A stretch of DNA of 64,000 nucleotides from an uncultured Actinomycetes bacterium (GTDB lineage: Bacteria; Actinomycetota; Actinomycetes; Streptosporangiales; Streptosporangiaceae). Of this stretch, positions 1-8,837 are shown piece after piece. The notes beneath the pieces were generated by a model. That model was not told the DNA's origin. It was given only the letters and a program-made list of their open reading frames with translations, and made no database searches. A program made the position numbers and the translations under genes. The stretch covers positions 13,762 through 77,761 of the forward strand of contig CAVWXG010000002.1 of assembly GCA_963758795.1 (NCBI GenBank), given 5' to 3'. Every line of letters starts with the position of its first letter. The stretch's first letter is position 1.

Positions 1-514
1 CGGCGACGCCGACGATGGTGTCCGCCAGCCGGAGAATGGGCTGCTGCCAGGCGTGCTGGGGGCTGACGGCGGCGACGACTAGGATCACCGCGGTGGTGAT
101 CCCGGCCGTGACCGCGTCGCCGGGCCGACCCAGCAGCATGACCGCGAGGGCGCTCGCGCCGACCAGCACCGCCAGCGCCCAGGCGTGGAAGGGCAGGAAG
201 GCCAGGTAGATCAGGCAGAGCACGAAGCTGACGGAGGTGGCCGACATCCGGCTGACCGCGGCGGCCACGCTCTTGCCGTAGCTGTCGCGCAGGACGAAGA
301 TCGTGGCGAGCACGGCCCACATGCCGCCCAGCAGATCGTCATCCCGTGACACCGAGTACACCCGGGACAGCAGGGTCCTGGCCAGCCAGTAGCTGATCAG
401 GCACGCCACCGCGAGAACGACGCACTCCACGACGGCCGTGCGGGCTTCTCGGGGCTGCAGCCAGCTAGGGCGACCGCTCGGCCGGTTAGACCGCTCCGGC
501 GCGGGCTGCGCCAC
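1..514 (-). CDS. FUSC-family (aromatic acid exporter-like) membrane protein, N-terminal part; 3-prime end lies outside the window
   Basis: Not in the ORF track because it runs off the edge. My reverse translation reads ..WLQPREARTAVVECVVLAVACLISYWLARTLLSRVYSVSRDDDLLGGMWAVLATIFVLRDSYGKSVAAAVSRM.., with hydrophobic helices typical of FUSC N-termini. GTG at 514 is a candidate start. Confidence 0.45.
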   Translation of the reverse strand, partial: MAQPAPERSNRPSGRPSWLQPREARTAVVECVVLAVACLISYWLARTLLSRVYSVSRDDDLLGGMWAVLATIFVLRDSYGKSVAAAVSRMSATSVSFVLCLIYLAFLPFHAWALAVLVGASALAVMLLGRPGDAVTAGITTAVILVVAAVSPQHAWQQPILRLADTIVGVA

Positions 515-531
515 GGGGCTCGAAGCAGGGG

Positions 532-2268
532 TCACTCGACCTCCAGTTCCCGCAGGTTGCTCTTGGTGAGCTCGATGAGTTCTGATCCTTCGCCGGACAG
601 GACGGTCCTGGTCGCCCACAGGGTGAAGCCCTTGATCTGCCCGTAGGTGAGCTTGGGCGGCAGCGAGAGTTCCTGCCGCGCAACGCGCACGTCGACTAGG
701 GCGGGGCCGTCGTGGGAGAATGCCGCGCGCAGCACGTCGTCCAGTTCGCTGGCCTTCTCGACCCGCGCGCCGAACAGCCCGGCGGCCCGCGCGATCCCGG
801 CGAAGTCCGGATCGACCAGATCGGTGCCGAAGCTCGGGATCCCGGCTGCCTTCATCTCCAGTTCCACGAACGACAGCGCGCCGTTGTTGAACACGACAAT
901 CTTGACCGGGAGCTGCTGCTGATGCAGCGTGAGCAGCTCGCCGAGCAGCATCGCCAGCCCGCCGTCGCCGGCCAGCGCGATGACCTGCCGGGCGGGGTAG
1001 GTGGCCTGGGCGCCGATGGCTTGCGACAAGCCGTTGGCCATGGACCCGTGGTTGAACGAGCCGACCAGCCGGCGCGTGCCGTTCATGTGCAGGTAGCGGG
1101 CCGCCCAGATGCACGGGGTGCCGACGTCGACGGTGAACACCGCGTCTTCGGCGGCCAGCCGGTCAATGGTGGCCGCGACGTGCTGCGGGTGCAGCGGGGA
1201 GTCGCCGGCCCGGTCGCGGGCCAGCTTGTCCAGCCGGGACCGGGCCCGCCGGTAGTGCTTGGTCATCCGGTCCAGGTGCGCCGTATGGGTCTTGGGCTCC
1301 AGCAGCGGCAGCAGCGCGTCGACCGTGTCCTTGACCGTGCCGACCAGCGGCACCCGCACCGGGACCCGCTTGCCGATCTGCTCGCCGCGCACGTCGACCT
1401 GGACCACCGGGACGCCGTCCGGGAGGAACGGCCGGTAAGGGAAGTCGGTGCCGAGCAGGACCAGCGCGTCGCAGTGCTCCATGGCCCGGTACCCGGAGCT
1501 GAACCCGATCAGCCCGGTCATCCCCACGTCGTACGGGTTGTCGTACTCCACGAACTCCTTGCCGCGGAACGCGTGCACCACCGGGGCCTTCAGCGCCCCG
1601 GCCAGCGCGATGAGCTGGTCGTGCGCCCCGGCGCAGCCCGCCCCGGCCAGGATCGTCACCGCACCGGCGGCATTCAGCACCTGCGCGGCGGCCGACAGCG
1701 ACTCGGTGTCCGGGCGGACGACCGGCGAGGTGGGCCGGATCGCAACCGGATCGGGACGGCCCGGGGCGTCGGCGAGGAATACCTCGCCGGGCACCACGAC
1801 CACGGCGACCCCGCCGCGGGCCAGCGCCGCGCGCATGGCCATCTCCAGCACCCGGGGGAGCTGCTCCGGGACGCTGACCAGCTCGCAGTACACGCTGCAC
1901 TCGACGAACAGCCGGTCCGGATGGGTCTCCTGGAAGTAGCCGTCGCCGATCTCCTCCCGCGGGATGTGCGCCGCGATGGCCAGCACCGGCACCCGGCTCC
2001 GGTTCGCGTCGAACAGCCCGTTGATCAGGTGCAGGTTGCCCGGCCCGCAGCTGCCCGCGCACACGGCCAGCTCCCCGGTCAGCGCGGCCTCCGCGGCCGC
2101 CGCGAACCCGGCGGCCTCCTCGTGCCGGACGTGCTCCCAGGTGATCTCGCCGTCGCGGCGCAACGCGTCGGTAAACCCGTTCAGCGAATCCCCCGGGAGC
2201 CCGTACACCCGGCGCACGCCGGATGCCTTCAGCGTCGACACCATGACCTCAGCCACCGTGGCAGTCAT
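532..2268 (-). CDS. poxB: Thiamine-diphosphate-dependent pyruvate dehydrogenase (quinone)/pyruvate oxidase family enzyme
   Basis: ORF 532..2358. MTATVAEVMVSTLKASGVRRVYGLPGDSLNGFTDAL..GSCGPGNLHLINGLFDA and the later GDGG..NN TPP-binding motifs are present. I chose the internal ATG at 2268 because homologs begin near MTATVAE. Confidence 0.85.
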   Translation of the reverse strand: MTATVAEVMVSTLKASGVRRVYGLPGDSLNGFTDALRRDGEITWEHVRHEEAAGFAAAAEAALTGELAVCAGSCGPGNLHLINGLFDANRSRVPVLAIAAHIPREEIGDGYFQETHPDRLFVECSVYCELVSVPEQLPRVLEMAMRAALARGGVAVVVVPGEVFLADAPGRPDPVAIRPTSPVVRPDTESLSAAAQVLNAAGAVTILAGAGCAGAHDQLIALAGALKAPVVHAFRGKEFVEYDNPYDVGMTGLIGFSSGYRAMEHCDALVLLGTDFPYRPFLPDGVPVVQVDVRGEQIGKRVPVRVPLVGTVKDTVDALLPLLEPKTHTAHLDRMTKHYRRARSRLDKLARDRAGDSPLHPQHVAATIDRLAAEDAVFTVDVGTPCIWAARYLHMNGTRRLVGSFNHGSMANGLSQAIGAQATYPARQVIALAGDGGLAMLLGELLTLHQQQLPVKIVVFNNGALSFVELEMKAAGIPSFGTDLVDPDFAGIARAAGLFGARVEKASELDDVLRAAFSHDGPALVDVRVARQELSLPPKLTYGQIKGFTLWATRTVLSGEGSELIELTKSNLRELEVE

Positions 2269-2507
2269 CGTCTGGTCCTCCCGTTTGCGTCGCCCGGAGC
2301 TCGGGTGAATTCCACGATCGTGTATGAGATCCCTTTTTTCGTCCCGGCTGGCGGCCAATGCGGCTACCGGCCAGCAGGGGGTTGGCCTGCCTGCCAGCCG
2401 GGTGAGGACCCGGGCTGGACGCGCACGCTGAGAGGAACTCGATGCCAGCCGTGCGCCGCACGACGTCGAGCAGGATGAACCGATTGCATCAAGCTCGCAG
2501 TTTTACG

Positions 2508-3878
2508 TCAACCGGTTGCCGGCTCGTACCCGAGGGGAAGCTCCGCTGTGAGGTGTGTCCCGGCCTCGGCCGCGCTGTCGAAGCGGATCGAGCCGCCCAG
2601 GGCCTCGACCCGGTCGGTGAGCCCGGCCAGGCCGGAACCACGAGCGGGATCGGCGCCGCCGATGCCGTCGTCGCGGGCCGACATCCGCGCCCGGGAAGCC
2701 ATCAACTTGGCGCGGCTGTCGGCGTTGGCGATCGCCGTCGCCACCAGCTCGGTGAACGAGGCCAGCCGAACCTCGGTGTCGGCCGGGAGCTGCTGGTCCC
2801 GGGTATAGGCCACCAGGATCAGGCCCCACGGCCGGCCCTCCACGCTGATCGGCACGCCCACCGACGAACGGAAACCCCAGCCGCGAGCGCCCGTGTCCCC
2901 GATGCTGCCCGTGACATTGACATAGGCGTCCAGCCGGGCGGCCCGGCCCGTCCGCAGCGTTAGCGTGCTCACGTTCCGGCCGCCCAGCTCGAACCGGCTG
3001 CCGGCCGGGCTGGGCAGAGCGACGCCGGTGGCCGTCCAGCCGCCCACGACCGTGATCATGTCCTGCGGATCGGACCGGATCAGGACCGTGTAGTCGACCG
3101 CCAGCAGCTCGCCGACCTCCTCGGCCACCGCCGCGAGCACCTCCTGCGGCGGAGTCGCGCGGGCCACCAGCACCGCCACCCGCCGCAACGCGGCCTGCTC
3201 CTCAGCCAGCCGGGCCAGGGCGGCGCGGCTGTCGGCGTTGGCGACCGCCGTCGCCACCAGCTCGGTGAAAGACACCAGCCGGGCCTCGGTGTCCGCCGGC
3301 AGCAGCTCAAGGGTCGAACCAGCGGCGATTAGGCCCCACAGACGGCCCTCGACGATGATCGGCGTCCCGACCGCCGACCGGAGCGCCGCCTCGCGGACGA
3401 CGGCGCCGAGTGCGCCCGAGGAGCTATCAGCGTAGCCGTCGACCCGGGTCGGACGACCGGTCTCGAACACGAGGGTGCCGAGGTTGTGCCCGCCAAGGGT
3501 CCTCCGGGTACCCACTGGAAAGCGGGCCACCGCGCCGCCCCAATGGGCGACGAAAGTAAGCGTGCCGTCGGGCTCGTAGCGGCACATGGTCGCCGAATCG
3601 ACCGGAAGCAGCCGCCCGACCTCCTCGCCCACCGCCGCGAACACCTCTTTCGGCGGAGTCGCCCGGGCTACCAGCGTGGCCACCCGCCGCAGCGCGGCCT
3701 GCTCCTCGGCCAGCTGACCCAGCCGCGCCTGATCGGGTGGGTCACGGCCCACCTCCCCGTCGGGGACACCGGGGGCTAGCGCGCTCACAAGGCGACAGTA
3801 ATCGGGTGCCTGGCGGCCGGCAACGTCAACGGCCCGCAGGACCTGGCCACTTGTGTCCTTGCGCCCGATCGCTGCCAT
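2508..3878 (-). CDS. Tandem GAF-domain sensor derived from a HisKA_3-type histidine kinase; the kinase core is deleted in frame
   Basis: Two GAF modules (..VGTPIIVEGRLWGLIAAGS.. and ..VGVPISVEGRPWGLILVAY..) are each followed by FTELVATA(V/I)ANADSRA. After ASRAR the sequence jumps directly to RDDGIGGADPARGSGLAGLTDRVEALGGSI, the HATPase C-terminal tail. The paralog at 18443..19837 keeps about 190 aa between these points. Confidence 0.7.
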   Translation of the reverse strand: MAAIGRKDTSGQVLRAVDVAGRQAPDYCRLVSALAPGVPDGEVGRDPPDQARLGQLAEEQAALRRVATLVARATPPKEVFAAVGEEVGRLLPVDSATMCRYEPDGTLTFVAHWGGAVARFPVGTRRTLGGHNLGTLVFETGRPTRVDGYADSSSGALGAVVREAALRSAVGTPIIVEGRLWGLIAAGSTLELLPADTEARLVSFTELVATAVANADSRAALARLAEEQAALRRVAVLVARATPPQEVLAAVAEEVGELLAVDYTVLIRSDPQDMITVVGGWTATGVALPSPAGSRFELGGRNVSTLTLRTGRAARLDAYVNVTGSIGDTGARGWGFRSSVGVPISVEGRPWGLILVAYTRDQQLPADTEVRLASFTELVATAIANADSRAKLMASRARMSARDDGIGGADPARGSGLAGLTDRVEALGGSIRFDSAAEAGTHLTAELPLGYEPATG

Positions 3879-3885
3879 CCCGGAT

Positions 3886-3901
3886 TTCCTGCTAGCCGGT
3901 A
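3886..3901. promoter_or_regulatory. 7-2-7 palindromic box TTCCTGC-TA-GCCGGTA
   Basis: Read directly from the sequence. It lies 8 nt upstream of the ATG at 3878 (GAF sensor, minus) and 81 nt upstream of the MFS remnant start (plus). Confidence 0.5.
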
Positions 3902-3981
3902 GCTGAGTTGGCAGCTCGCCGTAAAGACAGCGACACCCTCAGGCGTAGATCGTGGATGGTGACCCCAGGCGGGAGACGCAG

Positions 3982-4182
3982 ATGTCGACGAAGACTGATA
4001 CCAGCGCAGCCGTGGTGCGCAGCCTGATCCCGGCACGGCTGGACCGGCTGCCGTGGACCCGGTTCCACACCAGGCTGATCATGGCGCTGGGCACCGCCTG
4101 GACCCTGGACGGCCTGGAGATAACCCTGGCCGGCGCGGTCGCGGGCGTACTGACCAACTCCGACACGCTGCACATGTCCCCG
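3982..4182 (+). pseudogene. MFS transporter N-terminal remnant
   Basis: MSTKTDTSAAVVRSLIPARLDRLPWTRFHTRLIMALGTAWTLDGLEITLAGAVAGVLTNSDTLHMS matches the first TM region of metabolite:H+ symporter-type MFS proteins. Similarity is lost afterwards, and an unrelated C-terminal fragment follows in another frame. Confidence 0.6.
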
Positions 4183-4337
4183 GCCGTCGCTCCGCTGTCC
4201 AAGGCGGCCTACTCCCCGGGCATGCTGCCCTCGGGGACGAGCACACCATCACCTCCAGCCGCTGGCCGGACGACCTGCCGGCGTTCTGTGCCCGGATCGT
4301 GGAGCGGTTCGCCGCGAGCTCATGATGAGATAGGACC

Positions 4338-5423
4338 ATGGCAGGCAAGACAACGATCACGCATCCGCTGCTTCGACTCGGCCGGCTGCAGCTGGACCCC
4401 GCGCTGCGCGCCCTGCAGCCGGGTTCGGCCGCATCCGGCCTGGTGGTGACGGCCACGGTCGCCGTGCCGGATACGCCGGATGAGGGGTCGTATGCGTGGG
4501 ATGTGGCCTGGGCCGATGCTGCCCGTGAGGCCGGGCGGCTGGGTGCCGATCAGGGCACCGCCCAGGCGCTGGCCATCGGCGCCGGCCAGGCCCAGCCGGG
4601 CGGCACCCGCGTCGTGGTCGCGGCGCACGGGGAGGTTTTGCTCGCCCGGTGGCTCCCGCCCGGGGTCGGCGCGAGTTCGGTGCGGGTGGGCCCGCTGCCG
4701 CACTTGCAGGAGGCGGCAGTGGCCGCGGCGCGGCGGCCGGCTTACGTGGTCGTGCTGGCCGACCGTGACGGCACCGACATCATCGCGCATGCCGGTGGTG
4801 ACCAGCTGCCCGCCAAGCCGTTCTCCGTCGGCCGCCGTCCCGGCGCGCAGAGCGACCCTCATCCGGACCGGCCGCCCGGGCTGCACCACGGCGAGCGGCA
4901 CCTGACCGACAGCGAGCCGGAAAGCGGCGGCCAGCTGAACGCCGAGTTCATCGCCGGGCGCGTGTCCGAGGCCGCGGACAGCGTGGCCGCGCACATTGTC
5001 CTCGGCGCGGGTGATCAGCATATTCTCGACGCTGTCGCGGGTCATCTGCCGGATTCGGTCGGGCCGGTCAGCGCTATCGCAGGAGGCCGCGAGCCCGATG
5101 GCCTCGACGATCACCTCAGCGCCGTGATTGGCGCCGCCCTCGACGAGATCACCGCCGCGGCCATCAGCGCGGTCGGGGATCTGGTGGCCTCGCGCACCGG
5201 GGAGCCGGACCCTGGCGCGGTTCGTGGCCTTGATGCCGTCGCGGATCAGCTGGCCACCCAGCAGGTCGCGGTGCTGCTGGTAGCGGCGGACGTGACCCTG
5301 GAAGACGGCCTGGTCTGGGCCGCGATCCACCAGGACGCGATCATCGCGCAGCTGCCGGAACGCACCGGCCCGCTGGCCGGCGAGGCAGCCGCCGCGTTGC
5401 TCCGCCGCGGGTCTGTCTCGTAA
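4338..5423 (+). CDS. baeRF2 / Vms1-Ankzf1-like (Rv2629-family) protein
   Basis: 361-aa ORF. The block RVVVAAHGEVLLARWLPPGV..SVRVGPLPHLQEAAVAAARRPAYVVVLADRDGTDIIAH parallels my memory of M. tuberculosis Rv2629 (..RALIATGEQVLVNEHLIGPP..RRPTYVFAAVDHTGADVKLY). Confidence 0.55.
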   Translation: MAGKTTITHPLLRLGRLQLDPALRALQPGSAASGLVVTATVAVPDTPDEGSYAWDVAWADAAREAGRLGADQGTAQALAIGAGQAQPGGTRVVVAAHGEVLLARWLPPGVGASSVRVGPLPHLQEAAVAAARRPAYVVVLADRDGTDIIAHAGGDQLPAKPFSVGRRPGAQSDPHPDRPPGLHHGERHLTDSEPESGGQLNAEFIAGRVSEAADSVAAHIVLGAGDQHILDAVAGHLPDSVGPVSAIAGGREPDGLDDHLSAVIGAALDEITAAAISAVGDLVASRTGEPDPGAVRGLDAVADQLATQQVAVLLVAADVTLEDGLVWAAIHQDAIIAQLPERTGPLAGEAAAALLRRGSVS

Positions 5424-5449
5424 GCCGCGGCCGTCAGCGCTTCTTTTCT

Positions 5450-5806
5450 TTACCGCTTTTCTTTGCCGCGCGCGAACAGGTCGCGCCAGTCTTCCTCGGC
5501 GATTTGGACGTCGTACTTGCTGGCCGCTGCCCGGATGCGCTGCCAGGCTTGGTCCCGCTCCTCGTCGGTGACTCCTTCCACCTGGTCGAACCGCGCAATC
5601 GCGTTCCGCACGTGCGCCGCATCGCTGAGGGGTTCTTTGCGCTCGGAGGGAAAGGCGAACTCCGCGTCAGGCAGGCGGTCCTTTTCCGCGGTGCTCAGGC
5701 CCTCCGAACTGGGCGGGATATCCTCTCCGTGAGCGCGCTCGCTCTGAACCTCACGAGCCTTCTCGATGTTGCGTCGGGCCGCCTCTTTTTGCTTCTCCGT
5801 CGACAT
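5450..5806 (-). CDS. DUF6582-like conserved hypothetical protein
   Basis: The motif AEFAFPSERKEPLSDAAHVRNAIARFDQVEGVTDEERDQAWQRI is typical of this actinobacterial family. Confidence 0.7.
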   Translation of the reverse strand: MSTEKQKEAARRNIEKAREVQSERAHGEDIPPSSEGLSTAEKDRLPDAEFAFPSERKEPLSDAAHVRNAIARFDQVEGVTDEERDQAWQRIRAAASKYDVQIAEEDWRDLFARGKEKR

Positions 5807-5983
5807 GGTCCGAACCTCCGTTAGGGTGTTGGTCCGCTAAAAGCGCAGTCGGTGAGCCTCCCGGACACGACGAGCCGACTAACCACGTTAGTACTCCTGG
5901 TGCCTGGTTGCTCAGCCCATGAACGCGCACGCACGCACCTAATCCTCATTGTGACTGCTCTGACGACTGAAGCCGTCAGCTTC

Positions 5984-6187
5984 TCAGGCCGCATGTGCCT
6001 GATCAGAGCCCAGACCGGCCCTGGATGCTATGTTGACCGCCCCGTTGATGTCGGCGTCGATCGCGCCGTGGGCCGGGCAGATGACGGTGTCCTGCCTTGG
6101 GCGGGTACATCTTCGCCCGCACAGGTGGCCGACCTGAGCGAAGCGCTGCGGGCCAGCCTGGCCGCGGCGAGTTAGGCTCGAAGGCAT
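5984..6187 (-). mobile_element. tnpB: Remnant of an IS200/IS605- or IS607-type TnpB (OrfB) C-terminus
   Basis: The tail ..VICPAHGAIDADINGAVNIASRAGLG is the Zn-ribbon/RuvC-III end of TnpB. The upstream part is frameshifted and there is no intact N-terminus or tnpA. Confidence 0.5.
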
Positions 6188-6218
6188 GGCCCTTAGCAGG
6201 AAATGGGTAATTGACCTG

Positions 6219-6366
6219 ATGAATCAATTGGGTTACCCCGAGGCAGCCGAAGAGGCGTCGCGGGTTCTCCCCGATCCGGTTTGACCTCGAGGAGCTCGAG
6301 AAGTTCAGCGACCGGCACGGCATTTCCCGTGCCGAACTGGCAAGCCGGATGGGAGGCAGCCCTTAA
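6219..6366 (+). pseudogene. Small conserved actinobacterial ORF (..LPDPVDLEELEKFSDRHGISRAELASRMGGSP) interrupted by a +1 frameshift
   Basis: MNQLGYPEAAEEASRVLPDPV runs into TGA, and the rest continues in the next frame. One extra T is present in CCGGTTTGACCTC near 6281. Confidence 0.4.
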
Positions 6367-6442
6367 CTGGCAAGCCAGTAGCTGGCCAGGATGGAAGTCA
6401 TGCCGGGATTGACCAGGGCATCGACAACCGCCGGGAGGCATC

Positions 6443-7381
6443 ATGGACACACTGCAGTTCGGAGTCTTCCTTTCTCCCCGTGCCGCTGACATCGGAAGGC
6501 TGCGCGAGCACGTGCAGGTGGCGGAGGCGGAGGCGGAGGCGGAGGCGGAGGCGGAGGCGGCAGGATTCGACTACGTATCCATCCAGGACCACCCCTCCGT
6601 ACCGGACTTTCTCGACACCTTCGCCCTGATCGGCACCCTCATCGGCCAGACCAGCCGGCTCCGGTTCGTGACCAACGTCGCCAACCTGCCGCTGCGGCCT
6701 GCCCAGATGCTGGCCAAGACCAGCGCGAGCCTGGACGTGCTATCCGGCGGCCGGTTCGAGCTCGGCATCGGAGCCGGCCGGGCCTGGGACCAGATCGCCG
6801 GGCTGGGCGGCCCGCGGCGCAACCCCCGCGAGGCCGTGGCCGCGGTCAGCGAGGCGATCGACGTACTGCACGCCCTATGGCTTCCCGACCGCAGGGCCAG
6901 CCTGCCCGGCCCTTACTATCCGCTTACCGCGGACACCGGGCCCGCTCCCGCTCACCGCATCGGCATCTGGCTCGGCGCCGTCGGCCCTCAGATGCTCGAC
7001 CTGACCGGCCGCAAGGCGGACGGCTGGATCGCGCCGCTCGCCACCGGCTACGAGACCAAGCCCGCAGCCCAGGACCGCATCGACAGCGCGGCTCGGGCGG
7101 CCGGCCGGGACCCGGCCAGCATCCACCGCGTCATCCAGCTCGTCGGCGCCGTGACCGGTACCCCGTACACGATCGGCCGCCCGCGCTCCGGCCCCGGCGG
7201 CCAGCCGATCCGCACCACTCCGGACATCTGGGCCAGCATCATCGCCGAATTCGCCGCCGAGGAGCGGTTCGACACCGTCAACCTGGTCCTCGAGCAGGAA
7301 ACCAGCGACCAGCTACGGCTGTTCGCCGCCGAGGTGATACCGCTCGCCCGCGCCGCCACCTCAGGCGCCTCGGACCGCTAG
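6443..7381 (+). CDS. LLM-class (luciferase-like) flavin/F420-dependent oxidoreductase
   Basis: ..GFDYVSIQDHPSVPDFLDTFALIGTLIGQTSRLRFVTNVANLPLRPAQMLAKTSASLDVLSGGRFELGIGAG.. Confidence 0.85.
   Translation: MDTLQFGVFLSPRAADIGRLREHVQVAEAEAEAEAEAEAAGFDYVSIQDHPSVPDFLDTFALIGTLIGQTSRLRFVTNVANLPLRPAQMLAKTSASLDVLSGGRFELGIGAGRAWDQIAGLGGPRRNPREAVAAVSEAIDVLHALWLPDRRASLPGPYYPLTADTGPAPAHRIGIWLGAVGPQMLDLTGRKADGWIAPLATGYETKPAAQDRIDSAARAAGRDPASIHRVIQLVGAVTGTPYTIGRPRSGPGGQPIRTTPDIWASIIAEFAAEERFDTVNLVLEQETSDQLRLFAAEVIPLARAATSGASDR
6521..6560 (+). repeat. (GCGGAG)x6 in-frame microsatellite encoding (AE)6 inside the LLM gene
   Basis: Counted directly: six perfect hexamers plus GCGG. Confidence 0.95.
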
Positions 7382-7959
7382 CTCACCGGCGAAGGCGGGC
7401 AGTCCCGCGCGAACCAGGCTGCGGCAAACGGACAGGCCGACGCCGGCATCGGCGACCTGATTCGGGCCTTCGCCTTCGCGGGCGTCACCGACCGCCGGGC
7501 CTGGAGGCCGCCGTGACGGCGGGGTACCGATGGGCCAGGCCGGGTGGGAGGTGGTCCTGCTGTCGCCGACGGGGCCCAGCTTCGGCCAGTTCCGCGACTG
7601 CCGCGACCGCGGCGAAGCCTTCGCCCGCGCCATGCGCGCCATTTCGCCAACCATCCAACCACCAGGAGCGACCCGCCGAACCCAACCCCCGCCACATCCG
7701 ACTCATTAGACTATTAATTCGAATTATACAACAGAACAGGCCGGTAACGGTGAGATCGTCCAACCTGGTTGGCTATCATGTTTGATAAGAGTCTCAAGGC
7801 CAGGCTCGCAATCATTTTCCTGAACGGACGGTGCCGCGTGACCCAAGGACCGGTCTCCGCAGACCCCGGGCGGGACGACGACCCCGCCCAGCTCGTCCCC
7901 GCCCAGCTCGTCCCTGTCCGGCGCGTCCCGGGCCCAGCGAGCCCGGCGGCGGTCCGCGG

Positions 7960-8165
7960 CCCGCTGCGGATGAGTTCCCTGGCGGGCCGAGCACGCCGCC
8001 GGCCCCGGCGACCGGTTCACCGGCGCGTCCGATGACGAACTCACCGGGATGATCTGCGCGCTGGACCGGGCCGAGGCCGCCGCCTGCGTGCTCAAGCAGG
8101 CCGCCGTCGCCGAGCTCATCCGCCGCCGCCCCGAACCCGGCTGCCCGCCCGAAGGCCCGGCGCAG
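7960..8165 (+). pseudogene. DUF222 (13E12/HNH-associated) protein fragment, frameshifted and truncated
   Basis: ..AEHAAGPGDRFTGASDDELTGMICALDRAEAAACVLKQAAVAELIRRRPEPGCPPEGPAQ is the conserved central DUF222 block. No N-terminal start or HNH part is present. Confidence 0.55.
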
Positions 8166-8211
8166 AGTGCGGCGGCACGCGTATGTATGACTGACGTGGT
8201 ATCGTACGAGT

Positions 8212-8472
8212 ATGACAAACGCGATGACAGTCCGGCTCGACGAGGAGACATCCCGCGAGCTCGCCGAACTCGCCGGGCACTACCCGAGCCGGTCCGCTGC
8301 CATCCAGGACGCCATTCACATTGCGTGGCGGCAACTCCAGGCCGACAAGCTGGAAGCTGGGTACGCTGCCGCGATTGCCGACAACCCGCACTACCCTTAC
8401 GAGTCGGCCGAGGAAGCCGCCGTGCTGCGTGCGCGCCGCCGCGCCCGGCAAGAGCGCGACACGCTCACGTGA
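8212..8472 (+). CDS. Ribbon-helix-helix antitoxin (MazE-like)
   Basis: MTNAMTVRLDEETSRELAELAGHYPSRSAAIQDAI.. Its stop overlaps the toxin start (GTGA). Confidence 0.7.
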   Translation: MTNAMTVRLDEETSRELAELAGHYPSRSAAIQDAIHIAWRQLQADKLEAGYAAAIADNPHYPYESAEEAAVLRARRRARQERDTLT

Positions 8473-8783
8473 CCGCCAGCCCGCAACGAGGCCAGGTCTA
8501 CCGCTGCGACCTCGGCTACGGCCTCAAGCCATGGCTTGTGGTATCCAACAACGCGCGCAACCGCCTGCTCGATGACATCATCGCGATCAGGCTCACCACC
8601 ATGGCGCGTGACCTGCCGACCTGGATCAAGCTCTCCCCGGCCGACCCGCTCACCGGATACGCCAACGCCGACTGCATCGAGCAGCTGGGCAAGGACGAGC
8701 TCGGCGAATACCTCGGCGGCTTGTCACCGGCCTCCATGCGTGGCGTGAACCAGGCCCTGGCGATAGCACTGGCCCTTACCTAA
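8469..8783 (+). CDS. mazF: PemK/MazF-family type II toxin
   Basis: From the GTG at 8469: VTASPQRGQVYRCDLGYGLKPWLVVSNNARNRLLDDIIAIRLTT... Confidence 0.8.
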   Translation: MTASPQRGQVYRCDLGYGLKPWLVVSNNARNRLLDDIIAIRLTTMARDLPTWIKLSPADPLTGYANADCIEQLGKDELGEYLGGLSPASMRGVNQALAIALALT

Positions 8784-8837
8784 AGGACGCGACCGACAGC
8801 ACAAACCCGCGCGTGGCCCGGTGCAGGCAACCCGCGG

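Noticed and set aside
712-2478. Long plus-strand ORF (588 aa) antisense to poxB. There are many similar antisense or overlapping ORFs elsewhere: 14786..16063, 16236..17561, 28321..29784, 29886..31316, 32950..34191, 40234..41442, 41490..42539, 50582..51712 and 61800..63116.
   Set aside because: The translations are Arg/Pro/Gly/Ala-rich low-complexity sequence with no recognisable motifs. They lie opposite genes with clear family signatures. Stop-free antisense frames are expected at about 70% GC.
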